From: Dehalococcoidia bacterium UBA1162
GTDB lineage: Bacteria > Chloroflexota > Dehalococcoidia > GIF9 > UBA5629
Assembly: GCA_002311135.1 (NCBI GenBank)
Contig: DBZK01000041.1
Span: 10,824-74,823 of the forward strand
DNA length: 64,000 nucleotides
Direction of reading: 5' to 3'
Part shown: piece after piece, positions 54,687-64,000 of the stretch
How the letters are laid out: each line of letters begins with the position of its first letter
Position numbering within the stretch: position 1 is the stretch's first letter
The notes under the pieces: model-generated
Databases searched by the model: none
Told to the model about the DNA's origin: nothing
What the model saw: the letters and a program-made list of their open reading frames with translations, nothing else
Position numbers and translations under genes: made by a program

Positions 54687-57554
54687 TTAACGAACTGGTG
54701 CAGCGCCCGCTGCGCTCTTCTCTCGCAGGATGTCCCTCAGGTAACGTCCGGTTGCAGAACCTTCTATTTCCGCCACTTGCTCCGGTGTTCCCGTAGCTAT
54801 GACATAGCCGCCCTCATCCCCTGCACCCGGCCCGAGGTCGATTATATGATCGGCATTTTTTATCACGTCAAGATGATGTTCGATGATGACCACTGTATTG
54901 CCGGCATCAACCAGCCTTTGCAGCACCCTGAGCAGGCAATCTATATCGGCAAACGAAAGCCCGGTGGTGGGCTCATCCAGTATATAGACGGTCTTGCCCG
55001 TAGATCTGCGCGATAATTCAGTGGCCAGTTTGACGCGCTGCGCCTCGCCGCCCGACAAGGTGGGAGCCGGCTGGCCCAGCCTCATATAACCCAACCCCAC
55101 ATCCTGCAGTGTTCCCAACTTATTCTTTACCTTGGGAAAGTTCTCGAAAAAGGCTGTAGCTTCCTCGATGGTCATGTCCAGCACATCTGATATGCTCTTA
55201 CCCTTGAACTGAATCTCCAGAGCCTCACGGTTGTAACGTTTGCCCTTGCATACCTCGCATGGCACTGTTACATCAGGCAGGAACTGCATCTCTATTTGAA
55301 TATAACCCTCGCCCTGGCAGGCCTCACATCTGCCCCCGCGCACATTAAAGGAAAACCTTCCCGGCCCATAGCCGCGTACCCTGGCTTCAGGCACCGATGC
55401 AAACAGCTCTCTTATTGGAGTAAACGCACCCGTGTAGGTGGCTGGATTGCTGCGCGGCGTGCGGCCTATAGGTGACTGGTCGATGTTAATAACCTTGTCT
55501 ATGTTCTCCGTCCCGGTGATTGCATCGCATTTACCCGGCTTCTCCCTGGACTGATAGAAAATCTGCGCCAGCTTCTTATAAAGCACGTCGTTCATGAGGG
55601 TGCTCTTGCCGCTGCCGGATACCCCGCTGATACATACCAGCTTGCCCAGAGGTATCTTGACATCGATGTCCTTCAAGTTGTTTTCGGCGGCTCCCTTGAT
55701 CACCATGTATTTGCCGGAGCCGTTCCTGCGTTTCCTCGGCATGGGAATCTCTTTGGCCCCACTCAAATACTGACCCGTTACCGAGTCGCGGCTTTTCATC
55801 ACATCATCGATTGTGCCGGTGGCGACTATGGAACCACCGTGTTCGCCTGCGCCCGGCCCGAGATCGACGATAAAGTCCGCCGCCCGCATCATGGCCTCAT
55901 CGTGCTCCACACTGATTACCGTATTGCCCAAATCCCTCAACTTCTTGAGGGTATTTATCAACCTGTGGATGTCAGCAGGATGCAGCCCGATGGTTGGCTC
56001 ATCACAGATATAGAGAACACCCATCAAGCCGCTGCCGATCATGGTCGCCAGCCTGATACGCTGCGCTTCGCCACCGCTTAACGTCATCGAGGCGCGTTCC
56101 AGTGTCAAATAGCCCAGGCCGATATCTTTGAGAAACCCCAGCCTGGCGTTTATCTCTTTGATGATCTGCTGGGCGATGGTCTTTTCATTTGCACTCAATA
56201 TAGACTTGCCGTCCCGCATACCCGTGACAGCCGTTATCCAGGAACCTGCCTCCACCGCCGACATGACGGTCACGTCCATGATATTCTTGCCGTCGATCTT
56301 TACCGCCAACGATTCCGGCTTCAGCCTTTTACCTTCGCAGGCCAGACAGGGCGACGCCGACATATATTTTTCTATCTCTGCACGCCTGTTTTCCGATTCA
56401 GTTTCCCTGTAAAGCCTTTCGAGATTGGGTATGACGCCCTCAAAACCCACCGCATATTCACGTACCTTGCCGAAGCGGTAACGGTACCGGTGTTTTTCAG
56501 GGTTTTCTCCATACAACACGAGGTTCAAGTGCTCTTTACTGAGCCTTTTTACAGGCACCCTCAGTGAGAAGCCGTAGCGGTCTGCTATCTCTTCAAGCTG
56601 GCTTATATACCAGCTGTAGGTAGCCCAGGGCCTGATGGCCCCTTCCGCAATGGTCAGGTTTTTATTGGGTATCACCAGGTCCGGATCGATTTCCAGCTTG
56701 AAACCCAACCCGGTGCAGGTGGGGCAGGCGCCGTGAGGACTATTGAAGCTGAATGTCCGGGGAGCTATTTCCCCCAGGCTGATCCCGCAATTCACGCAGG
56801 CGAAATGCTCGGAAAAAAGCAGCTCTTCACCCTCCAATACCGAGATTAAAACTACTCCACCACCCAACTTAAGCGCAGTCTCTACAGAGTCAGCAATCCT
56901 TGCTGTGTTACTTCCCTCGCCGGTTACGATGCGGTCCACCACCGCTTCCACGTTGTGTTTCCTATTCTTGTCGAGCTTAAATTCCTCCGACAGGTCACGG
57001 ACATAGCCATCCACCCTCACACGTACGAAGCCGGCCTTGCGCAGGTCATCAAATATCTGCTGATGCTCGCCTTTCCTGTCCCTGATCAGCGGCGAAAGTA
57101 TCATAATCCTCTTGCCCGGCTCGATATTCAGAACAGCATCCGCGATTTGCTGCACGGTCTGGCGGGCTATCTCACGGCCGCACTGCGGGCAATACGGCCT
57201 GCCTACGCGAGCAAACAACAACCGCAGGTAGTCATATATTTCGGTAACGGTACCCACAGTCGAACGCGGGTTGTGTGAAGGGCCTTTCTGATCGATTGAG
57301 ATCGCCGGGCTTAAGCCTTCAATGTAATCGACGTCCGGCTTATCCATGCGTCCCAGGAACTGACGGGCATAGGCCGATAGGGATTCGATATAGCGTCTTT
57401 GTCCTTCAGCATAGATGGTATCGAAAGCCAGAGAACTTTTGCCGGACCCCGAGACGCCGGTAATCACCACCAGCTTGTCGCGGGGTATGGTAACATCTAT
57501 ATTCTTAAGGTTGTGCTCGCGTGCTCCGCGCACAACTATATTATTGAGCGTCAT
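54687..57554 (-). CDS. uvrA: Excinuclease ABC subunit A
   Basis: [18 protein letters not shown], two LSGGEAQR motifs, zinc fingers. Confidence 0.98.
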   Translation of the reverse strand: MTLNNIVVRGAREHNLKNIDVTIPRDKLVVITGVSGSGKSSLAFDTIYAEGQRRYIESLSAYARQFLGRMDKPDVDYIEGLSPAISIDQKGPSHNPRSTVGTVTEIYDYLRLLFARVGRPYCPQCGREIARQTVQQIADAVLNIEPGKRIMILSPLIRDRKGEHQQIFDDLRKAGFVRVRVDGYVRDLSEEFKLDKNRKHNVEAVVDRIVTGEGSNTARIADSVETALKLGGGVVLISVLEGEELLFSEHFACVNCGISLGEIAPRTFSFNSPHGACPTCTGLGFKLEIDPDLVIPNKNLTIAEGAIRPWATYSWYISQLEEIADRYGFSLRVPVKRLSKEHLNLVLYGENPEKHRYRYRFGKVREYAVGFEGVIPNLERLYRETESENRRAEIEKYMSASPCLACEGKRLKPESLAVKIDGKNIMDVTVMSAVEAGSWITAVTGMRDGKSILSANEKTIAQQIIKEINARLGFLKDIGLGYLTLERASMTLSGGEAQRIRLATMIGSGLMGVLYICDEPTIGLHPADIHRLINTLKKLRDLGNTVISVEHDEAMMRAADFIVDLGPGAGEHGGSIVATGTIDDVMKSRDSVTGQYLSGAKEIPMPRKRRNGSGKYMVIKGAAENNLKDIDVKIPLGKLVCISGVSGSGKSTLMNDVLYKKLAQIFYQSREKPGKCDAITGTENIDKVINIDQSPIGRTPRSNPATYTGAFTPIRELFASVPEARVRGYGPGRFSFNVRGGRCEACQGEGYIQIEMQFLPDVTVPCEVCKGKRYNREALEIQFKGKSISDVLDMTIEEATAFFENFPKVKNKLGTLQDVGLGYMRLGQPAPTLSGGEAQRVKLATELSRRSTGKTVYILDEPTTGLSFADIDCLLRVLQRLVDAGNTVVIIEHHLDVIKNADHIIDLGPGAGDEGGYVIATGTPEQVAEIEGSATGRYLRDILREKSAAGAAPVR

Positions 57555-57610
57555 AAATTTCCTTTGTCTGAACAGACCATACTATTGTAGCACTGCGGAT
57601 CGCAAGGTAT

Positions 57611-57647
57611 AAAAAAGCAGGAGGCCGGCTTATAAGCCGGCCTCCTG
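57611..57647 (-). terminator. Intrinsic terminator after satP
   Basis: Perfect palindrome CAGGAGGCCGGCTTATAAGCCGGCCTCCTG followed by a U-tract on the minus strand. Confidence 0.85.
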
Positions 57648-57674
57648 AATAGATATTGTTTAGTTAACAGGAAA

Positions 57675-58277
57675 CTATTTGGCTACCGGCCCGATGGGCC
57701 AAACAACCTTACCGTATACCTCGTTAAGTACCTGCGCCAGACCAGCATAGATAGCTGAAAAACCGCAAATAATCCCTTCGTATCCGGTGATCATGCCTAC
57801 GACCGCATTGCCTGTTATGTCAGTAATTGCAAGCAGGAAGAAAAGTAAAGTAAGCGTTCCAAATACAACCTGCAATGCCCGGTTGAGCTTTAAGGTCCCC
57901 ACGAATAAAACCAGGGTGAAGATACCCCACATGATAAAATAGGCGATCATACCCCCACCATCCGTTTTATCCCACCAACCGATTTTGGGCATTACCAGCA
58001 GCGCTACGAGTGAAAGCCAGAAAAGTCCATATGACGTGAACGCCGTTGCGCCGAATGTATTTCCCTTTTTCCATTCCAGTATACCAGCGATCACCTGCGC
58101 GATACCACCATAGAATATGCCCATGGCCAGGATCATCGAACCCAGAGTGAAAATCCCTGCATTAGCCAAATTAAGGAGAACAGTGGTCATGCCAAATGCA
58201 ACGAGTCCCAGCGGTGCTGGATTTGCCGTTGTGTCTTTAATCGACCTTAAAATCTCCGTGCCTTCCTGTTGTGCCAA
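57675..58277 (-). CDS. satP: Acetate uptake transporter (GPR1/FUN34/YaaH family)
   Basis: ANPAPLGL motif, GNTFG, SYGLFW, six TM helices, adjacent to acs. Confidence 0.93.
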   Translation of the reverse strand: MAQQEGTEILRSIKDTTANPAPLGLVAFGMTTVLLNLANAGIFTLGSMILAMGIFYGGIAQVIAGILEWKKGNTFGATAFTSYGLFWLSLVALLVMPKIGWWDKTDGGGMIAYFIMWGIFTLVLFVGTLKLNRALQVVFGTLTLLFFLLAITDITGNAVVGMITGYEGIICGFSAIYAGLAQVLNEVYGKVVWPIGPVAK

Positions 58278-58324
58278 ATTGATACCTCCTCTTAATTATT
58301 AGTGAATGAAAATACTGGCTCGTT

Positions 58325-58354
58325 ATTATACGTGGCTGCCGCAGAAGGTGTCAA
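58325..58354 (-). promoter_or_regulatory. Consensus promoter of satP
   Basis: TTGACA-18nt-TATAAT on the minus strand. Confidence 0.7.
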
Positions 58355-58401
58355 CGCACGTACTCACGATCAGCCCAGGCCATATCCGCGTCATTATCAG
58401 C

Positions 58402-58440
58402 AAAAAGAGACGGCGCTGCTTTACCGGCAGCGCCGTTTCT
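58402..58440 (-). terminator. Intrinsic terminator after acs
   Basis: ACGGCGCTGC/GCAGCGCCGT stem followed by a U-tract. Confidence 0.8.
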
Positions 58441-58453
58441 CAATTGCTTGAGA

Positions 58454-60436
<1,983 letters not shown>

Positions 60437-60583
60437 AACTTGCTTTATTGATCCTCCTTAAATTTGTTTTTTATCAGGGTAAGTCTCTATACAAAGGCTT
60501 TTACTGGGAAACCCATCACAGACTTGTCAGAATTGATCAAACAAAAAATTACCGATTTACGGGCATAGTACAACCAAACGAAA

Positions 60584-60612
60584 ATGATACATTATGAAAT
60601 TTCGACTGTCAA
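60584..60612 (-). promoter_or_regulatory. Promoter of acs
   Basis: TTGACA-17nt-TATCAT on the minus strand. Confidence 0.65.
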
Positions 60613-60619
60613 GCTTAAG

Positions 60620-61705
60620 TCAAGCTTCTATGATTTCCGCCTGCTGCTGGCTGCGTATGTACTTAAATATTTCCCAGACAGTAGCTGCCACTGGCAAAGC
60701 CAGGATCATACCCCAGAACCCACCCACATATCCTCCTACCACGAGAAGGACCATTACAATCGCCGGGTGGATCTGCATGTATTTACCCTGTATCCAGTTG
60801 ACAAAAACCGTATTCAATAACACCTGCACGGCAATAAAAACCATTAATACCCACAGTATTTTATCCGGTGCAAGCGCCAGCGTAATAATTACGATTATCA
60901 GCCCTGAAATTACCGGCCCAATAATGGGGATGAACTGCGTAAGTGCAGTGACCACGGCCAGTGCCGGTGCATAATCGATCCGCAGGGCCAACAATCCCAG
61001 GAATACTAATGTTCCCGCTATCAGCCCCAGGATTATTTGAGAGCGCAGATAGCGGCCCATAGCACTGGCGATAATGGTGAGTACGCTTCCCGCATGCCTG
61101 GCTGCATTGGGCGGCAATACATCATAAAAATACTTTTTGAATGATTCGTAATCCATGAGGATGAAGAACAGAAAGAACGGCATAACCATGAACCCTATTA
61201 CAGTGGGCACGCTGGCCGGTATAAGCGCAATGCTTCCTAAAATAAAATCCTGCACAAATTTACCTGCCGCGGGGCCGAGATTATCTATAAACGGACCGAT
61301 TTGTAAAGCAATAGTCTGCGGCAAGCTGCCTTTGAAGTTCCCTACCCAGGTCGTAACCTGGTTGGCGCTCATGGTCAGAAAGTCCGGCGCTTTGACGATC
61401 AATATATTGGAAGCACTCACCAGCGCCGATCCGATATAGGCCGTAAACAGTATCAGCAAAAGTATGATAACAACAAATAAAAGGACTACCGCTACGATAC
61501 GTTTGGCTTTCAGCGCTTTGCCCTTGGGAGGCAGGATGCCCTCAAACCAGGTAACGAGGGGCATCAAAATATAAGCTAGCAAAATACCCACCAAAAAAGG
61601 GATAAGCACTGCCATGGAAACCACCATCAACCACAGCGCGATAACTAAAACAACCAGAATTAGAAAAGGCTGCCAGTATTCCCTCCGTTGGCTGACGTTG
61701 GCCAT
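60620..61705 (-). CDS. AI-2E family transporter
   Basis: LAYILMPLV, YLRSQ, FIPIIGP, IHP, GMILALPVAA motifs. Confidence 0.9.
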   Translation of the reverse strand: MANVSQRREYWQPFLILVVLVIALWLMVVSMAVLIPFLVGILLAYILMPLVTWFEGILPPKGKALKAKRIVAVVLLFVVIILLLILFTAYIGSALVSASNILIVKAPDFLTMSANQVTTWVGNFKGSLPQTIALQIGPFIDNLGPAAGKFVQDFILGSIALIPASVPTVIGFMVMPFFLFFILMDYESFKKYFYDVLPPNAARHAGSVLTIIASAMGRYLRSQIILGLIAGTLVFLGLLALRIDYAPALAVVTALTQFIPIIGPVISGLIIVIITLALAPDKILWVLMVFIAVQVLLNTVFVNWIQGKYMQIHPAIVMVLLVVGGYVGGFWGMILALPVAATVWEIFKYIRSQQQAEIIEA

Positions 61706-61840
61706 ATCTTCTTTACCTCTTTATTTTATGCGTTCAATTACTAAGCCGGGGATATATAAAAAGGCAGCCGTGTCTATAAGGCAAGACGCGGTATGACGTG
61801 GACCGCCCGTTCGCATCGTGATGCATCCGGAGAGGCTCAA

Positions 61841-62050
61841 TTATTCCTGGCCTGCCATTTTGCTGGATACGGCGTCCTTCACGCGTCTGACAGCTTCGGC
61901 AGCCTTATCTTTAGCTTCCGACGCCTTCTCTTTCACCATGCGGCGCGTTTTCGAACCCGGTTGCGGTGCATATAGTAAACCCACAGCCGCACCGATTATC
62001 GCCCCGATAATAAGGCCTGCAAAGAAACCTGAACTGGAATCCCTATTCAT
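61841..62050 (-). CDS. YtxH domain protein
   Basis: FFAGLIIGAIIGAAVGLLYAPQPGSKTR. Confidence 0.88.
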   Translation of the reverse strand: MNRDSSSGFFAGLIIGAIIGAAVGLLYAPQPGSKTRRMVKEKASEAKDKAAEAVRRVKDAVSSKMAGQE

Positions 62051-62327
62051 CTTCCCCCTCCTTCTTCTTAAATAGGTTGCTGAATAAGCTTATGCCCTGG
62101 ACTATACCCTGGATCATAGTGCCCAACTGGGTAACCGGGCGAATAACTTCCTTGTCGGCATAGTCGACTATATCGGCCACTTTGCCAACCACCTCGTCGG
62201 CCGATTCGAGCAGTGACATTGTCCTCCTATAAAATAAATAGATTATTACAGACATGAATATTACAGCTATTGTAGCTATCAAGCCCCAAATGATGATGAC
62301 GAGGTCACGCCATGCTGCCAAATCCAT
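62043..62327 (-). CDS. Small membrane protein (DUF948-like), partner of YtxH
   Basis: N-terminal TM helix plus amphipathic helices. Overlaps the ytxH start. Confidence 0.65.
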   Translation of the reverse strand: MDLAAWRDLVIIIWGLIATIAVIFMSVIIYLFYRRTMSLLESADEVVGKVADIVDYADKEVIRPVTQLGTMIQGIVQGISLFSNLFKKKEGEDE

Positions 62328-62362
62328 AAAGCTATCCTCCTTGTATTAAATATGTTGGTCTA

Positions 62363-64000
62363 TCACAAATTTAAAGTGAGATAGTAAATTCCCGATCCGC
62401 TGCTGACAATTTTAAAACCTGCTTTGTCGAAGACCGACAGCATGGGTTTATTTTCATATAGTACCTCAGCAACGAAAGCCAGCAACCCATTCCTTTTCCC
62501 AAGGTAAATAAGGTAATTAAGCAGCTCGGTCCCGATCCCCTGCCGTTGGTCTTTATCCCGAACGGCAAAGGCCACCTCAGCGCTGTGTACGTCCTGGCCT
62601 ATACCGTACTGTCCTACTCCCACTATCTCCTCTTTATCTTCCTTGGTTATGGTGGCCATGATAACCGTTTCCTGTGTATAGTCTATAATTACGAATTCCT
62701 GCAGCCGCTCGTGCGGCATATCTTTCCTGCTTGAAATAAACCGGCGGTATAAACTTTGATCCGAAAGCGAGTAGAAGAAATCCTTTAATAGCGGCTCATC
62801 GCTAATTTTGACCGGCCTGAATAAAAGCTGAAGACCGGTTTTGGTAGTTCTGTACGATTCCAGCGCCTCTGGATATTCCCCTCTTTTGCCCGGTACAAAA
62901 GCCTGATCTTTGAAAATTATATTCAGTTTCTTGGCTTCCTCGATCAGCCAGGGCCGGAATTTGGGGTGAGCTATGCCGATAAGTTCCATAGCTCGCTCAC
63001 GAATGTTCTTGCCATGTAAATAGGCGATGCCGTATTCAGATACCACATAATGTATGTCACCGCGCACCATACTGACTCCGGAACCCTCCGATAAAAACGG
63101 CACTACCCTCGAAACGGAGTCGTTTTGAGCAGTGGACTGGATGGTGAGGATTGTCCTTCCATTGCGCGACAACATTGCGCCTCGCATAAAATCGGCCTGC
63201 CCCCCCACCCCACTGTAGAAGGTCTTGCCAATCGATTCGGCAGTAGCCTGGCCGGTCAGGTCGATTTCCAGCGCGCTGTTGATAGCTACCATATTGTCGT
63301 GCTGTGCGATAATCAACGGATTGTTAGTATAGTCAATAGTTCGAAATTCGATGGAAGGATTATCGTCGATATAATCGTAAGTCTCTTTCTTACCCATGCA
63401 AAAGGTGGCCACCGTTTTCCCGTGATCGATCTTTTTCCGGGAGTTATCTATAGCCCCGGTTTTCATCAAATCTGCGATACCGTCGGACATTAATTCAGTG
63501 TGCACTCCAAGGTGTTTTTTACCACTCAAACACCTTATCATTGAATTGAGCCGGCTGCCATACCCAATTTGAATGGTGTCGCCGTCCTGCACAAGGCGCG
63601 AGACGTAGTTGCCGATACGCTTGGCAATTTCGTCATCCACCGGCACGTCAAACTCCAGGACCGGCTCATCGTGTGCAACTAAATAATCTATGCCGTTTAT
63701 ATGCAGGAAGCCATCGCCCTGCACGCGAGGCATATTGGAATTGAGCTGCGCAATGACCAGGGATGCTTTCTCAATGGCCTCTTTAACGATATCCACGCTT
63801 ATTCCCAGGCTCACATAACCATGGCGATCCGGTAAAGATGTCTGTATCATGGCCACATCTATGGGCACTATACCACGCCTGAAAAGATCGGGTACCTGTG
63901 ATAGAAAAATCGGTGTATAATCCGCTAATCCGGCATTTACTGCATTGCGTGTATTATCGCTAATGAAAAAAGAGTTATGCCTGAAATTTGATTTGAATTT
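62363..64000 (-). CDS. Acetyl-CoA hydrolase/transferase fused to a C-terminal GNAT domain, 5' end outside window
   Basis: LGVHTE, SGVGGQADF, VVSEYG, IAHP motifs. GNAT RPVKISDE...YRRF...QRQGIG. Frame open to the window edge. Confidence 0.9.
   Translation of the reverse strand, partial: KFKSNFRHNSFFISDNTRNAVNAGLADYTPIFLSQVPDLFRRGIVPIDVAMIQTSLPDRHGYVSLGISVDIVKEAIEKASLVIAQLNSNMPRVQGDGFLHINGIDYLVAHDEPVLEFDVPVDDEIAKRIGNYVSRLVQDGDTIQIGYGSRLNSMIRCLSGKKHLGVHTELMSDGIADLMKTGAIDNSRKKIDHGKTVATFCMGKKETYDYIDDNPSIEFRTIDYTNNPLIIAQHDNMVAINSALEIDLTGQATAESIGKTFYSGVGGQADFMRGAMLSRNGRTILTIQSTAQNDSVSRVVPFLSEGSGVSMVRGDIHYVVSEYGIAYLHGKNIRERAMELIGIAHPKFRPWLIEEAKKLNIIFKDQAFVPGKRGEYPEALESYRTTKTGLQLLFRPVKISDEPLLKDFFYSLSDQSLYRRFISSRKDMPHERLQEFVIIDYTQETVIMATITKEDKEEIVGVGQYGIGQDVHSAEVAFAVRDKDQRQGIGTELLNYLIYLGKRNGLLAFVAEVLYENKPMLSVFDKAGFKIVSSGSGIYYLTLNL

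Noticed and set aside
57555-57600. LexA (SOS) box upstream of uvrA
   Set aside because: Only a GAAC half-site and a short GTCTG/CAGAC repeat. No full GAAC-N4-GTTC.

Overview
Bacterial chromosomal segment. Gene content and protein style point to an anaerobic Chloroflexota, probably Dehalococcoidia (inference, not verified). About 1-23.5 kb is a partly AT-rich cell-envelope/glycan island. It holds a sugar-phosphate-cyclase (AroB-like) gene cluster, GT2 enzymes, a Wzx flippase, an sxtIJKL-like carbamoyltransferase module and rmlC/epimerase/rmlD. It also holds an archaeal-type block (DUF2206-like, GT-C-like+CBM, two DUF1616 proteins, CPBP protease, CARDB-like protein) around two tiny membrane proteins that each have their own near-consensus promoter. 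This block is my best candidate for an undescribed system. The rest is mostly metabolism: steroid 5-alpha-reductase plus an extended SDR, hemW-lepA, ppsA-pfkA-glgP, hypBA, a 2-oxoacid:ferredoxin oxidoreductase operon running into an unusual Hdr/MvhD cluster, a 2H-phosphoesterase/metallophosphoesterase fusion, uvrA, satP-acs and a CoA-transferase-GNAT fusion. Reading the DNA directly added items missing from the ORF track: a DUF5989-type small gene, a Zn-ribbon small gene, inositol-monophosphatase and FN3 remnants, and a probable ATC start codon. No rRNA, tRNA, CRISPR array or intact mobile element was seen. All family calls come from motif recognition, not database searches.
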